From contig NC_010655.1 in the NCBI RefSeq assembly GCF_000020225.1, forward strand, positions 1,230,001-1,262,000: a stretch of 32,000 nucleotides of DNA, in the 5' to 3' direction. Of the stretch, positions 1-8,218 are shown one piece after another; position 1 is the first letter of the stretch; every line of letters starts with the position of its first letter. This DNA is from Akkermansia muciniphila ATCC BAA-835 (GTDB taxonomy: Bacteria > Verrucomicrobiota > Verrucomicrobiia > Verrucomicrobiales > Akkermansiaceae). The notes beneath the pieces are model-generated. The model saw nothing but the letters and a program-made list of their open reading frames with translations, was not told the origin of the DNA and made no database searches. A program made the translations under genes and the position numbers.

Positions 1-1482
1 CGGTTCCCCGGCGATGAGCATGTCCATTTTAATGAGCTTGGCGGCCTGGTAGCCGGCGTATTCATAATCCATGGAGCCGTAGCCGCGCGTCATGGATTTG
101 AGCTTGTCGTTGAAATCCACCAGAATTTCCGCCAGAGGGACGGTGCAGGTGAGCATTACGCGCATGTCGTCAATGGTCTCCGTATTGTCCACGCTGCCGC
201 GTTTTTCCAGGACAAGTTGCATGATATCCCCGATGTATTCCCCAGGAAGCATAATGAACACCTTGACGATAGGTTCCCGGATTTCCTGAATTTCCTGCGG
301 TTCCGGGAGCAGGCTGGGATTATCCACATTGATTTCCTCTCCATTGGTCTTGGTGACCTCATAAATCACGGAGGGGTAGGTGGAGATGATATCCATGTTG
401 AATTCCCGGCGCAGACGCTCTTGGATAATTTCCATATGGAGCAGGCCAAGGAAGCCGCAACGGAACCCGAAGCCCAGAGCTACGGAAGATTCCGCCTGGA
501 AGGAGAAAGCGGCGTCATTAATCTGAAGCTTCGCCATGGCCGCTTTCAGGGCTTCAAAATCGGAGGAATCCACCGGATAAATGCCGGAAAAGACCATGGG
601 GCGGATTTCCTTGAAACCGGGCAGGGGGGATGGGCAGGGGCGCATGTAATCCGTATACGTGTCCCCGATCTTGACATCAGCCGCGGATTTCATGTTGGCG
701 ATGATGTAGCCTACGTCACCGGCTTCCAGGGAATCCGTTCGGGTCATTTTGGGAGTGAAGATACCCACTTCCTTCACTTCATACACTTCGTCCGTTGCGA
801 AAAGTTTGACTTTCATGCCGCGGTGCACGCTGCCGGAAATGACGCGCACATAGGAGACTACACCGCGGTAGGCGTCGTAAACGGAATCGAACACCAGGGC
901 GCGCAGAAGGCCGTCCTGTTCCGTTTCAGGCGGAGGGATGCGCTGAACAACGGCTTCCAGAATATCGTCAATGCCGATGCCCATCTTGGCGGAGGCATGG
1001 ATGGCTTCCTCATGGGGGATGCAGACGATGTCCTCCAGCTGGCGGTACACTTTGGGCAGGTTGGCGCTGGGAAGGTCAATCTTATTGATGACGGGGATAA
1101 TGGCCAGGTTCAGATCCATGGCCAGGTGCATGTTGGCAAGTGTCTGGGCTTCCACTCCCTGGGCTGCGTCCACAATAAGGAGGGCTCCTTCGCATGCCGC
1201 CAGGGAACGGGACACTTCATAGGAGAAATCCACATGGCCCGGCGTATCCAGCAGATTGAGCTTGTAAGTCTTTCCGTCCCCGGCCTTGTAGAAAATGGTA
1301 ACGGGGTGGGACTTGATGGTGATGCCCTTTTCCCGCTCCAGGTCCATGGCGTCCAGAAGCTGATCCTGCTTCTCCCGTTCGGAAATGGTATTCGTCTTTT
1401 CCAGCAGCCGGTCGGAAAGGGTGGTCTTTCCGTGGTCGATGTGAGCGATAATGGAGAAATTGCGAGTCAGTTCAATGGACAT
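1..1482 (-). CDS. lepA: Translation elongation factor 4 (LepA), first 494 codons; the 3' end lies beyond the window start
   Basis: Minus-strand ATG at 1482..1480. My translation reads MSIELTRNFSIIAHIDHGKTTLSDRLLEKTNTISEREKQDQLLDAMDLEREKGITIKSH..., then ...LNLLDTPGHVDFSYEVSRSLAACEGALLIVDAAQGVEAQTLAN...IPVINKIDLPSAN. These are GTPase G1/G3/G4 motifs in the LepA-type context. It is absent from the ORF track only because the window edge truncates it. The + ORF 217..1536 is its codon-aligned antisense shadow. Confidence 0.93.
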   Translation of the reverse strand, partial: MSIELTRNFSIIAHIDHGKTTLSDRLLEKTNTISEREKQDQLLDAMDLEREKGITIKSHPVTIFYKAGDGKTYKLNLLDTPGHVDFSYEVSRSLAACEGALLIVDAAQGVEAQTLANMHLAMDLNLAIIPVINKIDLPSANLPKVYRQLEDIVCIPHEEAIHASAKMGIGIDDILEAVVQRIPPPETEQDGLLRALVFDSVYDAYRGVVSYVRVISGSVHRGMKVKLFATDEVYEVKEVGIFTPKMTRTDSLEAGDVGYIIANMKSAADVKIGDTYTDYMRPCPSPLPGFKEIRPMVFSGIYPVDSSDFEALKAAMAKLQINDAAFSFQAESSVALGFGFRCGFLGLLHMEIIQERLRREFNMDIISTYPSVIYEVTKTNGEEINVDNPSLLPEPQEIQEIREPIVKVFIMLPGEYIGDIMQLVLEKRGSVDNTETIDDMRVMLTCTVPLAEILVDFNDKLKSMTRGYGSMDYEYAGYQAAKLIKMDMLIAGEP

Positions 1483-1729
1483 GGTGGTCTCTACCCTTCT
1501 AACATGAGTGCCCTGTGCGCGGGGAGGGTAACATAGCCCATGCGGCGGTCAAGACTTGAACATGACTGCCTCCCGTTCCCTGCCGCGTCGGCTTCATTCG
1601 CTCCGGGAAAACCGTCATTCATGACAGGGGCTGCGCTGGGAGATTGAACGTGAGGGAAGAAGGAAGGCTCTTAACCGGTACAGGCACGTGAACCTTTTCC
1701 CGTGCGGTCATTTCTTACCCAGCCAGCAT

Positions 1730-1933
1730 ATGAAATCTTTTTTAGCAGCCATTTTAAGCCTATTTATTCCCGGTCTCGGCCAGTTGTACAAGGGCCACTT
1801 TGTCCAGGCCATCATCTGGTTCCTGGTGGTGGGTGCGGCTTACGGCCTTCTGTATTGGTTCATCTTTGCACTCGTTCCTATTGTCCTGCATATCATTTGT
1901 ATTTTGCAGGCCTACTTCATGGACAATGAATGA
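1730..1933 (+). CDS. Small (67 aa) membrane protein with two predicted helices and a PGLGQxYxG motif; function unknown
   Basis: ATG at 1730, inside track ORF 1688..1933 (which starts at a GTG). Sequence: MKSFLAAILSLFIPGLGQLYKGHFVQAIIWFLVVGAAYGLLYWFIFALVPIVLHIICILQAYFMDNE. It has two hydrophobic stretches. The PGLGQ-Y-G motif recurs in small bacterial membrane proteins, but I cannot name the family with certainty. Confidence 0.6.
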   Translation: MKSFLAAILSLFIPGLGQLYKGHFVQAIIWFLVVGAAYGLLYWFIFALVPIVLHIICILQAYFMDNE

Positions 1934-2189
1934 TGACTGCCGTTTCGGCTTCACAGCCAGGATGGCTGAAAGGGCAGCGCATCCTGCGGATTGGCAGCGG
2001 CATTCATTCCCAGGGTTGCAGAAGGAATACGTCGTTCATAGCGGCATCATTATTCCTCATACCGGTATTTTCAATGTTTACGGGGTTCCATTTGTTGACT
2101 GCGGAAACGTAAACACAACTTTTTGACTTTGAATTAATTAATATTTTCAGGAAGCGGGCCAGGGGAATCATCCTCCGATAAACAAAAAT

Positions 2190-2226
2190 CCAGAGCCGTT
2201 CCGGAATAAATCCGGAGCGGCTCTGG
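2190..2226 (-). terminator. Rho-independent terminator of the autotransporter gene
   Basis: 16-bp inverted repeat ccagagccgttccgga/tccggagcggctctgg with one mismatch and a 5-nt loop. On the minus strand it is followed by ATTTTTGTTT. It lies about 60 nt past the stop codon at 2285..2287. Confidence 0.8.
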
Positions 2227-2232
2227 AGGGTC

Positions 2233-2284
2233 AGGAGGAAGGCCTTTCGGGGGTGGGGGGCCTCTCCTTGTGTTTTCTTTCTTG
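2233..2284 (+). terminator. Possible plus-strand terminator for the convergent small-membrane-protein transcript
   Basis: Imperfect hairpin aggaggaaggcc(2233..2244)/ggcctctcct(2259..2268) followed on the + strand by tgtgttttctttcttg. The stem is bulged and the loop is 14 nt, so the call is weak. Confidence 0.3.
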
Positions 2285-5200
2285 TTAGAAGTCGTGGCGG
2301 TAGCCGATGCTTCCGTTCAGCGCGCTGGACCCGTCACGGATGTCCGCGTTCCCGTTCACGTAGATGGTTCCCTTCGTTCCCACCGGCACGCTCAGTCCGG
2401 CTCCCAGCTGCAGCGCCGTCGTTCCCACTTTCGCCCCCCTCACGCTTTGCGCGAAGCCGGGGTTGCCCAGCAGAGAGACGTTCGTTTCCCCTCTCCGGTC
2501 TCCCAGGTCCTGCGCCGCGTTTACTCGGATTTCCGCCAGCGCTTCTCGTCCGAAGATGTTGCTGCCCACCAGGCCCATCCACCGGCCGCCCAGCGCCAGC
2601 GTCCCCGTCGTCCAGTCCTGCCTGCCGACGTTCAGGCCCGCGTTGCCCGCACCCGTTTCCTCATAGCCGTCCATCCGCGTCGTCACCACCGAGGCGTTGA
2701 ACAGCGGCTGCAGCACGCTGCTGCGGTTTTCGTTGAGGTATACGTCGTAGGTGAGTTCATACATCGCTCCAAAGCCCCACCCGCTGGTGCTTCCCTGCGT
2801 CCCGTAGCTTCCTTCCCCGTAGTTGACCGTACGGTTGAGTTTCGCGTCGTTCCACCCTCCCGTCAGGATGAGCGTGTGCGCCCAGCGCCTGTCCTGGTAG
2901 CGGCCGAAGAGGCTGGCGTAGTAGCTGTCCAGGTGCCCGTCGGCGCTGTCCGCCGCGCCGGCCGTCAGGTCGCCGTAGCTGGCCGTGAAGGCCGCTCCCA
3001 CTGTGAGGCGGTCGCTGAGGTCCGCGTCCACGCCTACCGTACCTCCCCAGGTGGTGAGCTGGTAGCCGCTTTCATCCCCGCGGGTGTCCAGTTTGGCGTA
3101 GGAGCCCGTGCCTTCCATCCACATGTGGAAGCGGGGGAGGTCGTCGTTGACGTAGGCCGGGTTGACGCCCATGAGGGTGGTCCGGTTCCTGATCCAGCCC
3201 ATCTGGTCGCGCAGGGCGTCCCTCTGCGCCGTCCCCAGCGCGTTGACCGTGCTCCCAGCTGCCGCCGCCATAGCGCGGGTGGCTCCGGAGAGGTTGCCGT
3301 CATTGATCATGGTGCTGACGCCGTTCATGAATTGGGCCAGCTGGGAGTCGGGGTCCAGGTTTTTGCGGGCTTCCCAGAGCAGGCTGGCTCCGGCGGCGGA
3401 GTTCCACGTGTCGGCCGCGGAGGCGAAGAGGTTTTCCTGCCGGAGTGTGGCATTGAGCAGGATGTCGTTTCCGTCGCGGTTCAGCGTGGCGTCCTGGTAG
3501 TAGACGGCGAAGAGGCCGGATATCCGGGCGGCGAGGCTTTGCCCGTCTTCCAGGCCGCTGATGCTGCCGGTAGCGCTCATCAGGATGACGTCATGGAGGT
3601 CGCTCCCCGCGTTCATGGCGGCGTTTCCTTCCATGTTGGAGAGGAGGAAGCCGGCTCCGTCCTGCACGGTGATGGTATCCGCCGTCAGCATGGGGGCGCC
3701 AAAGGGGGCGTCCTGGTTGAAGTTGTAGATCAGTTCCGTCGTGGAGCCGTTCTGGAAGGTGATGCTTTCCACGTTGAGCGTGGTGTTGGCGCTGCCCTGG
3801 GCGTCTCCGGTGGCTTCAATACGCAGGGTGCCGTTGTTTCCGGCGGTGATGCTGTTGTAGTTCAGCGTGGGGGCGTCCGCGGTGCCTTTCAGGACCAGGA
3901 CGCCTCCGTCACGGACGGCGAGGTCGTAGTCCTTATTGCCGGTTTGCAGGTATTGGGTGGCTTGCCCGGAGATGTCCAGGGTGCCGCTGCCTGCCAGCGT
4001 GCCGGAGAAGGTTCCGGAGGAGGTTGTTGCCGAGGAGATGGAGAGGCTGCCTCCGTTCATGGACAGGGTGCCGCTGCCGGAGAGGCTGATGATGGCGCCG
4101 GATTCCGTTCCGGAGAGGGCCAGCGTGCCGTCGGCGGTGACTGAGGTTCCGTCCAGCCGGGCTTCTCCGCCCAGGGCCAGTTCCGCTCCTTCCTGGATGC
4201 GGAGGGTGCCGGTTCCGGTGATGGAGCCGTCGTTTATTTCGCCTGTTCCGGTCAGGTTGAGAGTTCCCTGGATGGTCAGGGAGCCTCCGGCTTCCGTGCC
4301 GGTGATGGTTCCGACTTCGGCGTTGCCGTTAATGGTCAGGCCGCCTCCTTCCAGAGTGAGGGTGTCCAGGGTGTTTGACGCGCCGTTGAGGACGATGTTT
4401 CCTTCACGCAGGGCGAGGGTTTCCACGTCCATCGTTCCTCCGACCGTCAGCGTCCCGGTTCCTTCCTTGATGAAGGCGACGTTGTTGCCTCCCGTGATGC
4501 TGCCGCCCATGACGGTGTCCTGGCCGGCCGGGTCGATGTCGTCTTCTCCCGTCGTCATTTGTTTGTTGTTGAGGATGACGACGGCCGTGCCGTCTCCGGT
4601 GTTGTTGACGACCAGGCTGCTGCCCGTGGCTCCCATCAGGTTGTTGATTTTAGCTCCCTGTCCGTCGGATTCGCCCGGGGCTCCGGCCAGGTTGACCGTC
4701 AGGGTCTGGCCGCCGCCGATGACGACGCCGGCGTAGCCGGAGAGCGTTTGATAGGAGTTGACTTCATGGGCGTTTCCTCCTTCCTCCTGCACGCGGTAGA
4801 GGCCGGTGGCCGCTCCGCTGAGCACCAGGCTGCCTCCGTCCGTTCCGGTGACCCGGATGCCGTAGTTGGACAGAAGGTCGGTAGTGAAGGCGATGTCGCC
4901 CAGGTCGCCGACGGTCAGCGTTCCGCTGGTCAGGGTCAGGTAGCTGGAGGAGTCGTCGGTTTTGTGGTCCAGCAGAAGGTTGACGACGGCGTCGTTGCTC
5001 AGGTCCAGCGTCAGCCCTTCCCCCTCTATGGACAGGTTCGGGTCGCTTCCCGTTCCGCTGCCGTTGATGATGACGGCGCCAGACGCCTGCGTGTCCTGGC
5101 CGATGTTTTCCGTTCCCAGGGCGATGGTCAGTCCGTCCAGGCCTCCTTCTCCTACGGTTACGGTTCCGCTGACTCCGGTGAGACGGGAGCCGGAGGCGAT

Positions 5201-7882
5201 GTTCCACGTTCCTTTCATATGGCTGCCGCCGGCGCCGGAGAGGTTCAGGCTGCCTTCCGAGATGGTGATTCCTTCCGTAGTTCCGTCAAGGATGGTTTCC
5301 GCTCCTGCCGCGTCCGCCCCGAGTGTCAGGGTTCCCGCTCCCGTTTTGGTCAGGGCCGGGCTGTCGGTCAGCGCGTAGATGGTGGCCGAGGTTTCTTCCT
5401 GCGCGATATTGATTTCATCAAACCGGGTGAAGGTGACGTTTTGGAAGTCCCCGGTTCCAAAGGTTCCCTTGAGTTCCAGCGTCCTGTTTCCTTCTACCGC
5501 CGCTCCGGCGCTTCCGCCGATGGTGATGCCGCTTTCTTCTCCTTCCTCCCCAAAGATGCTTCCTCCCGTCAGCGAGACGTGGACTTCGCCTCCTACCGTG
5601 CCACAGTTGCCCGCCCCGTAGATGTCTCCCAGGTAGGTGCCCTGTCCAAGGGTGACGGTGATGTTGCCGCCAATGCTGACGGGCAGGGCTGTGGGATCTT
5701 CCGCCGTCCACGTGCTTCCTCTCCAGGAGCCGCCCACGATTTTGCCCGTGAAGGTGGAACCTCCGTCAATGGAGACGCTGGTGTTTCCGTTGGTGGTCAG
5801 CGTCGTGCCGTTGCCCCAGTTCCAGAAGGAGCCGCCCATGATGTCTCCCGTGAAGGTGATTCCTTCTTTTCCGCTGATGGAGACGCTTGAGTTTCCTTCC
5901 ACTTTTTGTACGGCTCCGTTGCCCTCGGATTTCGTGTTTGCGTAACTGCCTCCATAGATGTTTTTGACGAAGTTGTTGTGCCCTTCCGTGCCGGAGAGTT
6001 CCGCATCGCCTACATTAATCGTTACCGAGGTGTTGCCCTGGATGGTCGTTCCTGAAGTCTGGTTGGCCGTCCACGCGCTTCCGCCCGTGATGAAGTTTTG
6101 GGCTGTGACGTTGCCGAAGTCTCCCAGGTTGACGGTCGCGCTGTTGCTGTGCTGGATGTTGGTGACCAGGACGCTCGTGTTTCCTGTGATGGTGGTGACG
6201 GCATTGTGGGAGGAGGTGCTTCCTCCGATGATGGCTCCCGCCACGATGGCGTTATCTTTGACGGTAACGTTGGTGTTTCCCGTCAGGGTAGTGCTTGCTC
6301 CCTTGTTGTTCCCGCCGATGACGTGTTCCGCCGTGGCGTTTCCAGAGAGCTGCACATGGGTGTCCCCAGTCAGCGTGCTGGTCTGGAGGTTGGTGCCCCA
6401 TTCATTGGTGACACCTCCGGCGATGATGCCGAATGCTCCTCCGTTGATGTCCATCCAGATGTCCCCCTGGTAGTTGAGGTTGCCGGACGGCAGGGTCGCC
6501 CCGCTGTTGTATACTCCGGACAGGTTGATTTTGGTTCCGCCGGTGTTGGTGATTTGATAGACTTTGTCCCCGCTGGTCGTCAGGGTCCCGTTCAGATATC
6601 CCAGGCTGACGTTGGCCGCACTCCCCTCCCCAAGAGCCAGCGTAAAGGCGTTCTTGACCGTTTCTTCCAATTCCCCTCCTTCTCCCGCAGATACCCACGT
6701 CACGCTGGATATCGCCCCGTCTTCTATCGTCAGCACGCTGCCTTCTATTCTATATTGCCCTGTATCTAAGCCCGTAACGGTAAAATTCGCGCCGAGGTTG
6801 CTTCCTAAATCAAACGTGTATCCCTGTTCTCCCTCCACCAGGCTGTCAAGCGCGCCGCCGATGTCAATGGTGCCTGAAGTGAAAGTTACATTTTCCTTGG
6901 TAAAGGAGGATCCGGATTCCGTATAGGTTAGCTTGGCTCCGTCAATGGCTGCGTTTTTCAATACGCCGGTGCCGTTCATGTTCAGAACGGCATTTGCCCC
7001 CAGAGTGGCGGAGGTGAAATCCAGCGTTCCTCCCGCCATGGTGATTATTCCGGAATAGGCCAAGGAAGAATTATTGATTTTCAAGATGCCACCTTGGGCT
7101 GTGATATTCGCGTTGATGACGGTTCCCGTCAGGTTTTGCGTACCTGTTCCGGCCATAATCAGATTTATTCCTCCCGTGGGAGTAGTGTTGCCGTTTACTC
7201 CGGAATGCTGCGTGGTTGCCCCGATACTTCCCCCATACGTGTAATTTCCGTTACCCGTCAGGGTAAGATTCGCTCTGGAGGAATTAGCCGACTGGACGCG
7301 CCCCTTATGTGTTCCGCTGAAGCCGTCGGCATCATTTAAACCGGCCAGAGAGGCGGCATTGGAAATTTGCAACGTCAGGGCGCTGGAACTTTGATTGATT
7401 GAGCCTGACAAATCTACCGTTGCATTGGCGAGAGCCGTTCCCGTAATCTGGAGAATGGCGCCGCCGGGCTGCGTCCCCTTCTGGGAAAGGATAATGTTCC
7501 CGGAAAAACTGCTTTCTTGGGAACCAAGCACAAACTTGGAGGCATAGCCGGCATTGCCGTTAGCCGCTACCAGCGTTAAATTTCCTTCTCCGGCAAATGC
7601 CCCGTTCAAATTGATGGTACAGCCGCCGTTCGCATTCTGATTAATGGTAAACGAGGAGCCTGCCCCGATATAAAGTCCTGTGGAATAATTGTTGTTTCCT
7701 GAATTTACATCAAGGTTGACGGATTGGCTCCCAGTAACTGAATACTCATTGGCGGGCTCATTGTTATTAAAGGTGGAGTCCGCTCCCCATGCGGGGGATT
7801 CAGATGTTGGGACGGCCAGGGAAACACTGGTGTAACAAGCCAGAACAGCCGCCAGCAGGGTAATAGGCAGATGGAGACGCAT
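2285..7882 (-). CDS. Type Va autotransporter outer-membrane protein (1,865 aa) with a large beta-helical passenger carrying PATR-like repeats and Pmp-like rungs
   Basis: N-terminal signal peptide MRLHLPITLLAAVLACYTSVSLA. The passenger is more than 1,400 aa, rich in G/T/S/N and almost Cys-free. It carries PATR-type motifs (LTKTGAGTLTLG, IKEGTGTLTVGG, IMAGTGTQNLTG). The C-terminal ~280 aa show alternating hydrophobic beta-strand patterns (TVGVDADLSDRLTVGAAFTASYG..., LTGGWNDAKL..., GFGAMYELTYDV...) and end in the OMP-type terminus ...GSIGYRHDF. Confidence 0.9.
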   Translation of the reverse strand: MRLHLPITLLAAVLACYTSVSLAVPTSESPAWGADSTFNNNEPANEYSVTGSQSVNLDVNSGNNNYSTGLYIGAGSSFTINQNANGGCTINLNGAFAGEGNLTLVAANGNAGYASKFVLGSQESSFSGNIILSQKGTQPGGAILQITGTALANATVDLSGSINQSSSALTLQISNAASLAGLNDADGFSGTHKGRVQSANSSRANLTLTGNGNYTYGGSIGATTQHSGVNGNTTPTGGINLIMAGTGTQNLTGTVINANITAQGGILKINNSSLAYSGIITMAGGTLDFTSATLGANAVLNMNGTGVLKNAAIDGAKLTYTESGSSFTKENVTFTSGTIDIGGALDSLVEGEQGYTFDLGSNLGANFTVTGLDTGQYRIEGSVLTIEDGAISSVTWVSAGEGGELEETVKNAFTLALGEGSAANVSLGYLNGTLTTSGDKVYQITNTGGTKINLSGVYNSGATLPSGNLNYQGDIWMDINGGAFGIIAGGVTNEWGTNLQTSTLTGDTHVQLSGNATAEHVIGGNNKGASTTLTGNTNVTVKDNAIVAGAIIGGSTSSHNAVTTITGNTSVLVTNIQHSNSATVNLGDFGNVTAQNFITGGSAWTANQTSGTTIQGNTSVTINVGDAELSGTEGHNNFVKNIYGGSYANTKSEGNGAVQKVEGNSSVSISGKEGITFTGDIMGGSFWNWGNGTTLTTNGNTSVSIDGGSTFTGKIVGGSWRGSTWTAEDPTALPVSIGGNITVTLGQGTYLGDIYGAGNCGTVGGEVHVSLTGGSIFGEEGEESGITIGGSAGAAVEGNRTLELKGTFGTGDFQNVTFTRFDEINIAQEETSATIYALTDSPALTKTGAGTLTLGADAAGAETILDGTTEGITISEGSLNLSGAGGSHMKGTWNIASGSRLTGVSGTVTVGEGGLDGLTIALGTENIGQDTQASGAVIINGSGTGSDPNLSIEGEGLTLDLSNDAVVNLLLDHKTDDSSSYLTLTSGTLTVGDLGDIAFTTDLLSNYGIRVTGTDGGSLVLSGAATGLYRVQEEGGNAHEVNSYQTLSGYAGVVIGGGQTLTVNLAGAPGESDGQGAKINNLMGATGSSLVVNNTGDGTAVVILNNKQMTTGEDDIDPAGQDTVMGGSITGGNNVAFIKEGTGTLTVGGTMDVETLALREGNIVLNGASNTLDTLTLEGGGLTINGNAEVGTITGTEAGGSLTIQGTLNLTGTGEINDGSITGTGTLRIQEGAELALGGEARLDGTSVTADGTLALSGTESGAIISLSGSGTLSMNGGSLSISSATTSSGTFSGTLAGSGTLDISGQATQYLQTGNKDYDLAVRDGGVLVLKGTADAPTLNYNSITAGNNGTLRIEATGDAQGSANTTLNVESITFQNGSTTELIYNFNQDAPFGAPMLTADTITVQDGAGFLLSNMEGNAAMNAGSDLHDVILMSATGSISGLEDGQSLAARISGLFAVYYQDATLNRDGNDILLNATLRQENLFASAADTWNSAAGASLLWEARKNLDPDSQLAQFMNGVSTMINDGNLSGATRAMAAAAGSTVNALGTAQRDALRDQMGWIRNRTTLMGVNPAYVNDDLPRFHMWMEGTGSYAKLDTRGDESGYQLTTWGGTVGVDADLSDRLTVGAAFTASYGDLTAGAADSADGHLDSYYASLFGRYQDRRWAHTLILTGGWNDAKLNRTVNYGEGSYGTQGSTSGWGFGAMYELTYDVYLNENRSSVLQPLFNASVVTTRMDGYEETGAGNAGLNVGRQDWTTGTLALGGRWMGLVGSNIFGREALAEIRVNAAQDLGDRRGETNVSLLGNPGFAQSVRGAKVGTTALQLGAGLSVPVGTKGTIYVNGNADIRDGSSALNGSIGYRHDF

Positions 7883-7912
7883 TGCAAAAATGTTAGATGT
7901 TAATTTTTTATG

Positions 7913-7941
7913 TATATAACGGATTGAAAATTCGATGTCAA
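7913..7941 (-). promoter_or_regulatory. Near-consensus sigma70-type promoter for the autotransporter (TTGACA-17 nt-TATATA)
   Basis: The minus strand reads TTGACA (7941..7936), TCGAATTTTCAATCCGT (17 nt), TATATA (7918..7913). This leaves a G-poor leader of about 23 nt before the ATG at 7882. Confidence 0.45.
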
Positions 7942-8035
7942 GTTGAAAATACCAGTTCCCGGATTCTCATACTTTTACTGTAAGTGCATTATGATTTTTT
8001 AAATTTCTAAAATGGGATTTTCATCTTTTCATTTA

Positions 8036-8060
8036 CCTCCCCTTTTGAAGCAAGGGGAGG
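8036..8060. repeat. Perfect 9-bp inverted repeat cctcccctt/aaggggagg with a 7-nt spacer, in the AT-rich region upstream of the autotransporter
   Basis: Read directly from the sequence. No U-tract follows on either strand, so it is not an obvious terminator. It is a candidate protein-binding site or RNA structure. Confidence 0.5.
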
Positions 8061-8083
8061 CATACTATAAGACTTTCATTCTG

Positions 8084-8108
8084 AATATAAAATATCAAAT
8101 TTTATATT
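8084..8108. repeat. Perfect 10-bp AT-only inverted repeat aatataaaat/attttatatt with a 5-nt spacer
   Basis: Read directly from the sequence. It lies about 200 bp upstream of the autotransporter ATG. It is a candidate operator for a dimeric regulator, or a site of intrinsic curvature. Confidence 0.45.
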
Positions 8109-8185
8109 GCATGGGACAATATTGGAATCATCGCCGAATTTTCAATCCGCTTTTCCTTTTTCGTGGAATAACGAGGAGAGTCCAT

Positions 8186-8218
8186 AAAAAAAGCCGTACC
8201 CCGGAAACGGGGTACGGC
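8186..8218 (-). terminator. Rho-independent terminator of rpoC
   Basis: 11-bp perfect stem gccgtaccccg/cggggtacggc with a 4-nt loop (gaaa on the + strand). On the minus strand it is followed by TTTTTTT. It lies 28 nt past the rpoC stop codon. Confidence 0.85.

Noticed and set aside
1930-2126. + ORFs 1930..2112 and 1800..2126 in the convergent gap.
   Set aside because: They overlap each other and the end of the small membrane-protein gene. They have no coding character and no start context.
2100-8120. Possible direct repeats flanking the autotransporter cassette (tgactttgaattaattaatatttt on the left, agactttcattctgaatataaaatat on the right), as target-site or att-like duplications.
   Set aside because: The similarity is only patchy (GACTTT..GAAT..AATAT) within AT-rich DNA, which is indistinguishable from chance by eye. 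No integrase or transposase is nearby.
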